Below are positions 15,121-28,249 of a stretch of DNA of 64,000 nucleotides, in pieces. This DNA comes from Obrimoposthia wandeli (Eukaryota). Each line of letters begins with the position of its first letter. The first letter of the stretch is position 1. The stretch is taken from assembly GCA_977020255.1 (NCBI GenBank), contig CDROCS010000973.1, forward strand, positions 124,001 to 188,000, given 5' to 3'. The notes below the pieces were generated by a model, which worked only from the letters and a program-made list of their open reading frames with translations, was not told where the DNA came from and did no database searches. The translations under genes were made by a program, and so were the position numbers.

Positions 15121-18100
15121 TGTTTTATGTTATATGGAAATAATCAGCAATATAATTTTACAGTTACTTTAACATCGATCATAATTGAAAACTCCTAAAT
15201 CAAATTTACCTCTAGGGACCTTGAGAGAACTGAGTAGTGTATGCCCCATAGATTACTTTAAGTTATCAAAAATAAAAGTGGATCTACAAAATATTATTAT
15301 GTCTAATAACTGCTAGTTTTTGTTGTCTAAGAACATAGTAATAGTTTAATCTACCGTTTTAGTTGTTATTTTTCCATTTAAGTAAACGTGTTTAATTTTT
15401 AATTTTATTAATTTTAATAAAAATACTGTATCTTTTTTTACCACCATGATTATGACACGTTTTTATACTAAATAACATATCAGACTAAAATTAATACATT
15501 TTGTAATATTAAGCGTATTTCAGAAGTATTTAATAAAAATATATTTCAAAATAAGTATTTGTTCAAATATTAATGTTATAGACTGTTTTTCAACAGCAAT
15601 ATCGATTTAACACTGTTTTCTCGTAGTAATAAATAAACATATCGTAAAAATAAACGCTAAAATGTTTCAAGGATTGTTGATTCTAATATTCGAATAATCT
15701 GACAATTTTCGATTTTCCCTTCAATGCCGACTTATTTGATGTTGTAATTATGAAAATGTTTTTCTTTATTTTCCCAAAAATTGGTACAGATTAATGCACT
15801 CTAATGGTTATCCCGGTTTTCAATTAATCAGACAGATTTCGAATTTCCAAATTGAAATAAGTGCTCACATCGTTTTTTATCAGTTTTTACTTTTACAGTT
15901 GGAAAACATTTTATATGCAAAATTATTACACTATTTTTGTTATTATATCACTCAATTTTTGCCTTTTATTAATCACAACGTTTATTACACAATTATTAAA
16001 TGTTTCTGATTTATTTACTACTTTTCTATTGTTGCTGACTATGGATACAAGCAAGTGGTGGCGGTGTAGTATTGCAAAATCGTGGGCGTTACGTAAAAAT
16101 TAATTAAAAAATAAAAAATCAGTTTTATACTAAGGATTAAAACATTTTTTGCCTAAGAAAATCAATTAAGTATTCGTAATAAATCTTATTAGTTTCGTAT
16201 TAAATTTGTTAAGATTTTTGAAAAAAATACAAAGGAAATCAAGTCAATGAAATACCATTTATTACAAGCTATTTATATCTTTTACACGAAATCATATTTT
16301 CATACAACAGGTATTAACGGGGATCAAGTAGCACAGCTAGTTAAGAATCAACATTACTTATTGCTAATTAAAGTTTTTTTATATTCTCTTAAAAATTTAT
16401 CCACTTAGGTGATGTTTTGATTAGAAAATTTGGAATGTGGTGACATTAAACGAATTACTATCTAAATAAAAGTATGTAGATTAAATAAAATAATTTCAAA
16501 AGTGTTCTCTAAGAAAAATTAACTTTTTTAAATAAATTATTTACTACATTTTTATTTTATTGCTTACAAATTTCTCAACGCTGATTTTTCGCCTACGAGA
16601 GACGTAATGTTTTGGCAATTTTTATCCACACCAATTACAGCGACTTTCGCCGACAAATTATGATTATCCGACTTTCAAGTACACCAGATCAAATCCAAAA
16701 TGTGACCAACCAGATGTGCATGCATACCAATCGATCAGTATTAAAGTGGAAGGGCCGGTATAAATAAATCAATCAATTTACAATGAACCTAATTTGAGTG
16801 TATATCTATTCGTGGGTGAGATTCGTTTTTAATTATGTGACACAAAATCAAACACCATTTTTTAACTCTGTTAGTGTGTTCGTTATTCAGATTTTCACTT
16901 GCTGATACATATATTGTCTGGTTACTCATTGGATAGTACGTTAGCTTTATCTTTTACTGTAGTAAATGAGCCTTTATATAATTGGAATTTATCAAGTTTT
17001 ACAGCCTCGTTATTCAGCTTTACCAGGTCTATTACACAATCATTCAGAATCTGTTTTGATTATATTGATTTATGTTACAAATACAAGGCTTTGAAATCTT
17101 TTTTAATCTTAAATCTTAGTTACAGTATGAAGGTTGACAGTTTGTCAATTATGTCTAGAAAGAATCATTATTAATTATATTAAACAAAATCATTTTATGA
17201 TGGTTTTTATAATTATTTTATACTAAAATAATTATTTGTGTTCTATTTGTGTTCTTTTATTTTTTATAATTTAAATTTATTTGATAATTTGCATCTCATT
17301 CTTGGTGTAATTGTACTTTGTCAAGTCATGGTAACTCAAATATAGCTCAACTGAGTTTGTTAAAATCTCTGACTTCACTTACTATATTTAGAACGTTTGA
17401 CCTAAGCCTAATTACAAAAAAAATCATAAAAGTAAAAATGAACGAATTCTTGTTTTCTAACTGTTACGTTTACAAATTCATACGTTACAGTTATACAAAA
17501 ACTTAAGTCTATATTTAAATATATTCATCCGAGAATTGTCGAATATTTTCACACAGAACAACTTCGTCTTTCAGAACTTACTCGTACTCAAAGTTTCTGT
17601 TGTGGACTACCAATGTAACTGTTGGACGGATTATTGAAAATATGTTCATGTTTAAACGTTTAGCTGCAACGCAATGGCGATTTCACAAAATATGCTGGTT
17701 TTATATTATTACGCATGTGTTGAAATTATTTACTTATAATCTAATACTGTCCATGTTGAGTCTAATTCTGAGGGGGTACATACAATCAACAGTCAGGGGG
17801 TGAACTTCAATAACCGGTTTTGTTGAGAAGCATATTACGATTCTTATGAACATCAGTATCCTATTCTTGTTCGTCACCTAACCCTTGATATGTGGTCTCA
17901 TGCAGGCTTAGAAAACATGGTGCTTTATGGGATGAACCTCGAACTCTATTGATAGGAATTTGTTGATACCAGACGCTCCTCGCCAAATTGTTGAAACTTT
18001 CCGGCTTTCAGTCAATTATTTTACAAAAAGGCTCATTCTTTTTTTTTATTTTTTAGATAAATTTCTAGCCTACTTTCAGGTGTAATTTTTAGACAAATAT

Positions 18101-18705
18101 TTAAGTTAATTCAAATGGCATTACATTTCACTCGAAACATATTTTCTTAACTCCAGGTAAGTCCTCGTTCCCAAACATGTTCTTGCTGGATAAATATTAC
18201 GCCATTTCGTTGCATACTGCTCTTATTTATTTTTTTATTCAAAAAGTTGTAAACTCATTAGAAATATGACTAATTAATTTTTTTTCTCGCACAAAGCTCA
18301 AAATAATTATCATAATTTTACATTTCAGTATAATTTCTCATTTTAGAAAAAGAGCAAACGAGGAAGATCACTTAAAAGCAAAGGAAAAAAGTACTTCTCC
18401 CAGATAAAGAAGCTTGGTGTACCCTTATTGGACGATTCTTATAAAGTAAGACCATATGTTTAATGTCTGGCAACGATAAAGAAATTTTTACTATATCCGA
18501 TAGAGATCTTTTATGGATGTCTTTCTTAGGGCTTCTATTTATTTTATAACCTTTGGGGTAAGCTCATATTAAAAGATTAGCTTTTAATGCAAATGTTAGA
18601 AACCAAATGTGATTGGAAGCTTTTTTTATTGGATTGAGTAGACAGTATAAAAGCAGAAAATATTCTATTTTTAAATTTTAAATGCCAAATTAAAATATTC
18701 TAGAG

Positions 18706-18790
18706 CAGTGGTCCCCAAACTGTGGGGAATTCTCCCTGGGGAATTTCAGTATTCTACGGGGGCGATGAAATGAGTTTGAATAAAAATTTG
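18706..18790 (+). mobile_element. hAT (Charlie-like) element end
   Basis: CAGTGGTCCCCAAACT preceded by ttctagag, matching the Charlie-type TIR and NTCTAGAN target preference; partner end not located. Confidence 0.5.
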
Positions 18791-19301
18791 TATTGGCACA
18801 TTTTGACCTAATACATAGTTCAAGTAATAAATTTAACCTTGCCATTAGATATATATATAGCAGTAATGTTAAATAAAAGAACTAATATTCACCGTTAAGG
18901 TAATTTAATTAGTTTAGAATTGCATAAATTTTTACTATAATATTTTTAAAAATTTTAATTTAAATATACATTTTATATTTTTTTATTTGAAATCACTGAA
19001 AAGTCTTTGAAAGCTGCACGTCTTGATTTTACTGGGATTTTTTTCGGTAGTATAATAAATAATTTTAAATTATTATAGAATCTAGAGCGTATATTTAACA
19101 AATAATTATGTATCATGACATAATTGTGTGTTTATTTAGGAACTTTATGTTTAAGGGAAGAACATCATAATACTGAAAGAACAACTACAAAAAGTTGTAT
19201 GTCCTTTCGTTCAATTTCTTTGTAAGTGTGATGATTTTCTTTCTCTACGCACAACGTTTCTATGATAATATGGCATTATTTATTAAATATATGCCCTAGA
19301 A

Positions 19302-19520
19302 CAGGTCTTCCCTACCTGCAGCTCGGCAGGTTAAATTTTATAGTCGGCTTTGTTAAGTTTAGTAGTGTACTTTTGCCCCTCATTGGGTAGTCGATTTTCC
19401 GATTTTAGAAAATATTGTCAGATGTTTCAAATATTTTCTTTTTCATCTGATGTTGACTTGAACAATGTTCCTGAAAATCTCCAAATGAAATTTGTAGAAT
19501 TAAAATTCACCAATAACTTT
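19302..19520 (+). mobile_element. hAT (Charlie/SPIN/GTF2IRD2-like) deleted element: end plus transposase fragment
   Basis: ctagaa|CAGGTCTTCCC end; RFSDFRKYCQMFQIFSFSSDVDLNNVPENLQMKFVELK resembles the hAT C-terminal RF.DF...F..PF..D....P..LQMELIEL. Confidence 0.6.
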
Positions 19521-19665
19521 TTAACAATGGGTTTATTCAATTTTCCCTATTATCCACTAATATATGAATTACAGTATTCATTCAATTTTATAATTTTTAT
19601 TTATTATTGTTTTCACTACTTATACTTGTCAATAGTATGTATTAACTGCTGCCTTATGATGTCAG

Positions 19666-20142
19666 GGCCTCAGCAGCACTTTGCGTGACAGTTACGATCT
19701 GCGCCACAGCATCTGTGACAGTCTCAGTCAGTTGAGAGCCTCGTGTCAATTGCCGCCGTTCTGTAACCTTAAGCAGTGCCTGCGTACAGTTGTCAACACC
19801 GTTACCGCGGCAACGGCCACCTCACTGCAACCGACAACAACAGTCATCAATGACAACAGCCCCATCACGGACAGTCATATGCCACGACACGCTAACCCCA
19901 TAAGCACAGCTTCTTCCACCTCCGTCATGTTCCGGTCATCACCATCGACACCGTCTCTGGCAACAACCGGATCATCTTCGTCTCCGACCCGGTCTCCCAT
20001 GACAACTGCTACCACTCACTTCCCTGTTGCCATGACACTGGGTAACGACGAAACTCCAAAACTTGTATTCATGCCGAACGAGGTCAGCTCCACTACACTG
20101 GTCCCGGATACAGTGAAGCGGAGTATGCATGACTTTGATGAG
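19666..20142 (+). CDS. PLCL: PLC-like protein, C-terminal helical region exon with Ser/Thr-rich insert
   Basis: gatgtcag|19666, donor 20142|gtcagt, 159 codons, phase 0/0. LRDSYDLRHSICDSLSQLRASCQLPPFCNLKQCL parallels PLCL IRDATDLRENMQ...CGL...NL.QC. Confidence 0.8.
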
Positions 20143-20224
20143 GTCAGTATCATCACAATCTCCTCATCCTCATCATCATCAGCTTTCTTCTTCTTTATCC
20201 TCATTTATAATCGTTCCTCTTCAG

Positions 20225-20278
20225 CTGATGCATGCTTGTCGTACTGCAATACAAGATGGACCAATAATGTTTGAGAAG
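20225..20278 (+). CDS. PLCL: PLC-like protein, short exon
   Basis: Polypyrimidine tract then ttcctcttcag|; LMHACRTAIQDGPIMFEK; |gtcagt; phase 0/0 after an 82-nt intron. Confidence 0.78.
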
Positions 20279-20518
20279 GTCAGTTATGTACATTGTTCAT
20301 TAAAGAATAAACCTTATTTAATATTAATAATGACAAATCAAGAATCACTAATTTCTACATGTATTACAATATGTTAACTCTTATCTTGAGATTGATAAAA
20401 AATGCTCTGAAGATTGATTACGCAGTAAAAATATCAGCTCCCCTGATCTGTGATAATTTTCCAAACTGCAATCCTGAACCAAATGACCATGTGTCTCGGC
20501 TGAAGTAAATATATAGCT

Positions 20519-21626
20519 AATTGATGTCTTATTTATTTTGAAAGGGTGATTGTATATTTTAATTGGAACATTACCTTCATGGTAGTTGAATGTAATGAAT
20601 CACGAAGTGTCCAATCATAATGCATAATTCAAAATGTCCATCTCGATGATTTTAACTTGTCTTTTAACTGTTATTAACTTATTTGATACCAAATTTAATT
20701 CGATTGGTCTATACAAAATGTCAACCCCCATCATATGTCTGGCAATAAAACAAATGTTACAATTTTTACAATGACAAAGAAGGTTAAAGCAAATTTCTCA
20801 CACTTGCACATAGAGTATTGGCAAAATTAAGAAATACAAAAACTATTTTTACCTCCATTTGGGAAACAGTACTGTGAGAAAAGAGAAGTCTTGGGAATTT
20901 GGAGAAGGTGCAGAAAAATACAGCTGATTTCACATTTATCTTGGAGAGAAGAGGGTAAGAGAGCTTGACTGGCATTTGACTCTTTGGTAGAGGGGAAAGG
21001 ATTGTTGGGAACGTGCATTTATAGCAACGATACATCAGTTCATATCCAGATTCATTTATTATTGGACTAGCAACGCTGGTATCCAGGAAACCCTTAGCAA
21101 ACTCATCGAATCAATGCTTCGTAGAAAGAAAACAGCAAAATGAAGCACAAAATATAGCAGCATGAGTTAAATGCATTAAAATAGAAGTAAATTTTATATA
21201 AAATATTTATAAATGCACAATTTAAACAGAAAACTCAATAAAACATGTTTTGGTGTGCGAGAACTGATAAGCTCCGCTGTAAAGTCATAAATTTGGGGAC
21301 AGAACGTCAACATCCTGACAATAGTAAAATCATGAAGTATAGGTAAAAGATTCAAAAAATAAAAAGTTTCGAATGTTCGAAAAAAAATTTAAACTGGGGT
21401 ACTTATAAAAATGATAAACCTAAATTGATGTCTTATTTATTTTGAAAGGGTGATTGTATATTTTAATTGGAACATTACCTTCATGGTAGTTGAATGTAAT
21501 GAATCACGAAGTGTCCAATCATAATGCATAATTCAAAATGTCCATCTCGATGATTTTAACTTGTCTTTTAACTGTTATTAACTTATTTGATACCAAATTT
21601 AATTCGATTGGTCTATACAAAATGTC
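20519..21626. repeat. 204-bp direct repeat pair (20519-20722 and 21423-21626)
   Basis: Both copies start aattgatgtcttatttattttgaaaggg and end ggtctatacaaaatgtc; I found no mismatch by eye. Confidence 0.9.
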
Positions 21627-22711
21627 TATAATGTTTACATAATGTTTACCATTTAGAGGTGGTTGGAGATCAAAAAATGCCTATAAAACGATACAGTGTT
21701 TTTTCATAAAATTCGCACAACATCATAATGTTATTACAACATCCGTGACCTTCTCAACAAGAATAATAAATGCACAAATTGTATTAAAAAACCACACAAA
21801 ACCCCAGTTAATCATATGATAAATACTGGAATATGCAATCGAATAAAATTTGAAATATCTAAGATTTTTAGTAGAACGTCTTTATGGACAAAAAACTAAT
21901 TTCGAACAAAATGTCAGATCTTTTAATGGTAAAGGTAAATCTTCAAAATTTATTTATGTAAAAGTAATTATTCAAGAAATGATTTATGTCATCTATAAGT
22001 ATATTGAAATACTTTTGTGGACTTTACGAATCTTGTTTTAGATTAGTTGTTGTTTATAGAGCCTATTTGTTTCTGAGTCCTTAAAAACTTCAGCGAAAGA
22101 ATCTATAATTATGAAAGCTGAAATTTGATAAATTTAGGAGTCTATAATATTCATCTTGAAAATTCAGATCAATCTATTGTCAAAATATTTTTTCAACTCT
22201 TGAAATTTTTCACTTTTAAATTCTTGAGAGTAAATCAACGCACAGAAATGGCCAAATTCTAGACAAAGTTATATCTAGCAACCTTGTAATGATTTCAAAA
22301 TGGCAATTTTTGACCATTACATTCAATTGAAACAAAGAAATTCATTAAAACCCAAAACTCAAGTTTAGATAGATGCTTTGAGTCAGTGAAAAATGTATCT
22401 AATCTCACTAACATTATAATCATCAGAAAATAAATAAAACAATCAGATATTGATTCTATGTAAGTTCTTGAAAAATTGGTTTCAATACAGTAATGTATTT
22501 TTAAGAAAGAAAAAATTTAATCCTTACTTAGCAATCAGCTTATAGCGTTGAATTAAATAAAAAAATCTAAAAATATCTAATAACAAACTTATATTTATAA
22601 AATTAAAATTAACAAAATAAATTAGAAACAAAAATATTTGAGACATTAAAGTAAATAATGACAAAATCACACTACTGACAGCAGTAAGTAACTGGTAGTT
22701 GGCCTATTTAG

Positions 22712-22903
22712 ATTGACTGTTGTCGGAAGCTAATGCTGAGCCAACACGAAAGTCTGGACAGTCTGTGTGAGCAGAACGACATCAAGATTGGCTCTCGCAA
22801 GGCGGAGCGGGTTTTGGAGAACTATGTGTGGAATCTGCGGCTGTTACAGGGCCAATGTGATCTGCTGTCGCGCCTCATCCAAGAGGCATCTGAGCACATA
22901 CAG
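22712..22903 (+). CDS. PLCL: PLC-like protein, C-terminal exon
   Basis: ctatttag|IDCCRKLMLSQHESL...KAERVLENYVWNLRLLQGQCDLL...EHIQ|gtgagc; parallels PLCL AVESFTWNITILKGQADLL; phase 0/0. Confidence 0.85.
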
Positions 22904-23145
22904 GTGAGCACAACCCAAATCATCGGGCCTGTCAATTTCAACACATCCTTAGCATCGGTTTTTGAAGCTTCCAACGGCGATTGCAAACATAGGTTGTGGA
23001 GTTCATTCAATTTGCTAAGGTCGTCAAGACTTATTCGTGCAAACATCCCTCAAAAGATAATACACAGAGGGTTTAATCAGGTGATCAAACAGGTTTAAAA
23101 CTATTAAAATTTCAAATCTATGTAAATTTTCTTTTAAATTTACAG

Positions 23146-23171
23146 GAGCTTCAAGAAACATGCAGCAAAGA
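23146..23171 (+). CDS. PLCL: PLC-like protein, putative micro-exon (ELQETCSKE)
   Basis: Strong acceptor ttttcttttaaatttacag; a weak donor |gtttgt at phase 2 would join in frame to the long ORF at 24003. Alternatively it reads through as a terminal exon to a TGA about 90 nt in. Confidence 0.5.
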
Positions 23172-24002
23172 GTTTGTGATCAATTATAAAAGTCGCTCAT
23201 TTGTAATTAAAGGTCAATTCAGGCCACGGCAGTGAAATCAAAATGAGTTTCGTCTTTCACGGGCTCATCGGATAGTGGGCAATGTTTCACAGTATTTTAT
23301 TTTATTTCCACACAACCTCTTCACACAAGATATGTGAAACTTCGATCAAGACAAGCCATAAACACTGAAAAAACTCAAACAATTCATTGCAGGTGTATAT
23401 GAATCTGATAAACCTTGGTATCATTGTCAATTAACGGTTTACAAAGTGTTTCTCTTTAAGATGACAGTTAATGCTTGCTGTTAATAATATCTAAATACTA
23501 TTCAATGTTTTTGTCATCTTGGGGACAACACAGTTTTTACCAATCATATAGTTGAAGAACAGTTCAAACATACAATAATCCATACAGGTAGATTAGTTTT
23601 ATATGGTTGTCTAATTGTGTATTTAGCAAGGGATAATTTATTCCATAGTATTACATAATTATTTAATTTAGGTGAATATTATATGGTTAACCTATTTCAC
23701 CATGTATCGTCTTTAATTAGTCACTAACAAATGAACACCAGTTTTGACAAAGATTAACTTAAATAGAGAAAAAAGCCAAAATTTGAATCAAAATTACGAC
23801 ACCTTTTTCACAGGGTCATTCATAATCAGTCTGTTGGAGAAGACTAAAATTGTGAAAAAAACTATCTAATAAATAACTACAATTACAAATATTCAACGCA
23901 TCGTATACAATAATTTAATAAACGGTTGTTATGTGATATAGCGGTTTGCTATATTTACGATTACTTGCTGATTTTATATGATCTGTCAATATTACAATGC
24001 AG

Positions 24003-24267
24003 GCAGCCAAGGACACTGGTACAATTACGGGTCTGCTCAGTTTCTCCTCCATGTACAACTTGCCACCTCCCCACTCCCCTGTGCCCAGTGTCGCAATCCA
24101 CTCCGAGTCTCCGTCAAATAGCACCCCCTGACCAATTGTCCTCCCCCAGTCACGCACACACAATATCTCACATGCACACACGCCAAACAGCATCATTCCA
24201 AGCACCGTTTATGACCCCAGTTCCAGCAGTCAGTCAGCAGTACCGATTTTTACCGACCACAATTTGA
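24003..24267 (+). CDS. PLCL: PLC-like protein, putative last coding exon (Pro/Ser/Thr-rich tail)
   Basis: First AG after a long AG-free stretch (attacaatgcag|24003); GC-richer exon-like composition; lies within ORF 23926-24267. The frame depends on the upstream micro-exon. Confidence 0.5.
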
Positions 24268-25341
24268 CTAAATGTCCTAATATTGTTTATCTCTATTCAG
24301 ATTTGAAATGTACATGCCTATTTACATCAAGTTCTACTTAGTAGAAACGCGGGTACTACTAACTAGCTGTTAGATTTTCGGATGGGAGGGGGAATTGAAA
24401 TTAGTTTAGCACGCAAGTTTCACGATGATTAGTTATTAAAAATTGATTTTCACACAACTATTGAAAACAAATGCATATTCCAAAATGTTTGGAAACTGAC
24501 AGTAGAGTATTATTTTTATTCTGTAAGAAACAACAACAAAAAGATTTAAGATGATTTATGGAAAATTATGTTGCACAAATCGTAAGAGCTTTTGCTACAA
24601 GAACCAAAATTAGTAGCTCGAAACTGATGTACCTGAACCAACAACGAAAACTCAGTGTTACTTATTTGAAAAGTATCCTAAAAATGAGATGTTAAAGAAC
24701 CCCTAATTGCGAAACGAAAGTTATAAGTCCCATTGTTTCTTTAATTTCAAGTTATTCTATGAAACATTTTCAAGTTCTATTGGCTAAACGCATTGCATAT
24801 TTACAGGTATTTCCCAATTTTAAATTTTTTGACAAAACTTTTCACACAAGTTTAGTGATTCCAATAAACGGAGTTCTATCACACTTTTTATTGCCCGTCA
24901 GAGAAGAATTTTATTTCAGATATTGCAACACGGTCAAATAAACCTATATTTACAATTGTCCAGTTTGACGATTTTCTGATTTCCACTGGGTCCCTTTTTT
25001 CTGTCCGTTTGGAGTTCAAAGTAACTTTGTAGCATCTAAATTAGAACAACCTGTATATTGCGAAGACGCTACACAATTTGACAAATACCTTTTGAAGGTG
25101 TATGGTATAGACAGATACCAATTAATCAGGCTTTTTTTACTGGGTATGGTCGCCAAATTTGTTTACCATGGGTAACTGGAGAGTCAAAATGGACTTAGGC
25201 TCTGCTTCATTGCTTGATTGAGAGGATAACATATGTGTCTAGTAGTAATTTGTAAAGCAGTTTAGGATCGATCCCGATGTTTGGGTTAGAGGTTGTGTAC
25301 TTCTTAGGGAAGACTAACTCGTGATTTCGTTAAGGACATGT

Positions 25342-25366
25342 CTTACTTACTTACTTACTTACTTAC
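25342..25366. repeat. (CTTA)n microsatellite
   Basis: cttacttacttacttacttacttac. Confidence 0.9.
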
Positions 25367-25971
25367 CCTGGTTATCTTATCTGAAGGTTATACATAAATT
25401 ATAAATATAAATTGGATTGATAAAATTTAACATAAGTTCCAACTTTAATTAAAAATTTGACAATTCAAAATAAAGTTCATTAATATGTCAATACGTAAAA
25501 GAGTACATAATTGAACAGCAGTGTCAATTCAAAACCAAATGAAGACAATCAAAACTCAAATGTAACATAACAGTGTACTCTTTCTATCTCACATATTACC
25601 ATGTCCAGTAACGCAGGTGAAATCCTATGTAATTTGGGGACCAGGGCCGTGATTGATCTGTAAATGTAGATATAAAGTAAGCAATAAAACATACAATATT
25701 AAAAATAACTACCGAAATTATAACACCAAATTCTTAATTTTATGAGTTATAGTGTAATTTGGGATGTTGCTTTTCGTGAGGATATTTATTTGGATCGGCA
25801 GTTTGCTCGATTGACTGGATTCGTTCCTCCCTTGTGATCAGAAAGGATGTCATTTTAATTCGCAATTACCTTTTTCTCGCTTGTCTCAACTTTTAATTGT
25901 TTCTCTCAATGCTTTTTTTTATCAATTCTAGGTCAATTTCTTTTATCAATTCTCAATTCTAGGTCAATTTC

Positions 25972-26046
25972 TACTGCGATAATCAAAATCTCCCATTTGT
26001 ACTGCGATAATAAAAATCTCCCATTTACACTGCGATAATCAAAATC
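25972..26046. repeat. 28-bp tandem repeat, about 2.7 copies
   Basis: tactgcgataatcaaaatctcccatttg repeated at 25972, 26000 and 26028. Confidence 0.8.
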
Positions 26047-26129
26047 TTCAATTTCAATTTCTTTTGGTTTCGCACTCAACTTGTTTTTTCAAGAGACAAT
26101 TTCTTTTAAAGAGTTTGTCTTATATTTAA

Positions 26130-27056
26130 AGTAGGTGGATGTGTCTGGTCTAATCCACACACCCCCTCCCCCCTTGTCCTTTAAAACCGTGCATGTGTGT
26201 GGAGTGAAATTTCACTCCACACACATGCATAGTTTTAAAGGACAAGGGTGGAGGATTCCCCCTAACAATGTTTCGCGCCTTTAGGCGCGATGGGCTCGGG
26301 ACTGATATAGGTCACAGACTAGCTTGGCGATGTACGAATGTTTCGCTCTCATATATGTCACAGACTAGCTTGGCGATGTACAAATGTCTCGCTCTCGTAT
26401 ATGTCACAGACTAGCTTGGCGATGTACGAATGTCTCGCTCTCGTATCTGTCACAGACTAGCTTGGCAAAATACGAATGTCTCGCTCTCGTATATGTCACA
26501 GACTAGCTTGGCGATGTACGAATGTCTCGCTCTCGTGTATATCACTAACTACCTCGGGTGATGGGTGAAAGTCGACGGGTGTTGGATGGAAACACCCAAC
26601 CGACCACCACCCGCCCCTTAGGGGCGGGCTATATTCTCACGAAAATAACAACGATTGGTGTTGGGTGAAAGTCGATGGGTGATGGGTAAATGTCGGTGGG
26701 CGTTAGGCTGGTGGTGTTTCACCACCAACACTACACCCACAACATCACANNNNNNNNNNNNNNNNNNNNNNNNNNNNNNNNNNNNNNNNNNNNNNNNNNN
26801 NNNNNNNNNNNNNNNNNNNNNNNNNNNNNNNNNNNNNNNNNNNNNNNNNNNNNNNNNNNNNNNNNNNNNNNNNNNNNNNNNNNNNNNNNNNNNNNNNNNN
26901 NNNNNNNNNNNNNNNNNNNNNNNNNNNNNNNNNNNNNNNNNNNNNNNNNNNNNNNNNNNNNNNNNNNNNNNNNNNNNNNNNNNNNNNNNNNNNNNNNNNN
27001 NNNNNNNNNNNNNNNNNNNNNNNNNNNNNNNNNNNNNNNNAACACTCCACCCACTG
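26130..27056 (+). repeat. Left TIR of element 1 (palindrome, 46-bp array, GC hairpins, CCACA-type repeat running into an N gap)
   Basis: Inverted match to about 33656-34632; after the gap, aacactccacccac matches the TIR-internal segment at 53270. Confidence 0.88.
26311..26540 (+). repeat. 46-bp tandem array, 5 copies
   Basis: Unit gtcacagactagcttggcgatgtacgaatgtctcgctctcgtatat starting at 26311, 26357, 26403, 26449 and 26495. Confidence 0.95.
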
Positions 27057-27337
27057 CCTGCCCCAATATATTTTTATCACATTTTTTCATTCAAAATATT
27101 GTCTAAATGTTTCATTTCCAACCAGTAAGAAATTGTCACTTTTATTAACTTTTCAACAAATATCCAGTGGATTATCGTAAGTGCTTAGAAATAAAAGTAT
27201 TTTATAAGTAAGGTACCGTAATCGTTTGCGTATAGGTTACAAGCATGTATGTATACTGTATTTGCGCTAAAATCAGTGATGTTTTAAGTACTTTCTCTAA
27301 GATGTACACTTGCCTTCGTGTGAGCTGTATAAATGAT

Positions 27338-27610
27338 TTAATTATTTATTTGTCTTAATGTGGTACATACCCGTAAAGTATGTATCATTGGCAAGACCAT
27401 AGGCGGAATCGTTGGTTTCTTTTGGTGCCTCAAGTGACTTAATTTCTCTATGAATTCCTTGTAGAACAAGTCATTCCCAATGTCTGTTTGTAATAACAGT
27501 ATTGTGTACCATTGACGTTTCGTGAGATCCGCTTTACATCTTCTAAGATCAAATGAATCATTCCTGGCGTAGTCTACCAATTTGTATCTTATTGTTTCAC
27601 CAACATCCAT
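27338..27610 (-). other. Unassigned ORF fragment inside element 1
   Basis: 90-aa ORF with protein-like composition (QWYTILLLQTDIGNDLFYKEFIEKL); family not established. Confidence 0.35.
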
Positions 27611-28249
27611 GTAGATTTTGTGAACGTCTACATTATCTTCAACAGTAACAAGGTCAGATAATCCTCAGCTCTTTTATCTCACTATATCACAGCATCAACA
27701 ATTTATAAAACAACCACACTTACACACACCCTTGTTAGTAATGGCCAATCGCAGAAAACACAAGATTCAGCAATTTTGAATCACATTATGAAATGTAATC
27801 TAACGTACATTTCATAATTTTCAACATTGAAAAGTCTCCTAAAGAAGCTTATTAGTTTGATCAGACTTATAAAAATAATGATAATAGTATAAAGTGTCGA
27901 TTTTTGTCTGGGAACACGCTTGAGTAATTTTTGATGTTTAAAGATTTTATGTAATGATCATTTGAAAATACTTCGAAAACTTAAAATACTGAAAAACCAG
28001 TTAAAGGCTGAGCACACAGCAAATGAAACAGTTTTAAATTATGCATAGTTTACAAAATAGAAATCCTAATCATCTTGGTCTTAAAGTCAAATTGCATGGT
28101 TTTTTGATTTGTAAAATGTTGATTTCATTTATTAATTTTAAATGAAAACGCTTTTAAACAACTCCTAGGCTTAATCGGTTAATATTATATTAAAATATTT
28201 ATCTGTACTCACTTTCAACTTCTTCAAGCAGTGCAAAAAATTTCGCATA

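Noticed and set aside
16320-16350. tRNA/SINE A-box-like sequence (gtagcacagctagttaaga)
   Set aside because: No B box or cloverleaf downstream.
1250-24267. Claim that this PLC-like protein is catalytically inactive
   Set aside because: The X domain with the catalytic His residues lies upstream of the window, so activity cannot be judged.
26655-27128. Long ORFs across 26750-27040 and 33396-33655
   Set aside because: They are open only because of N runs (assembly gaps).
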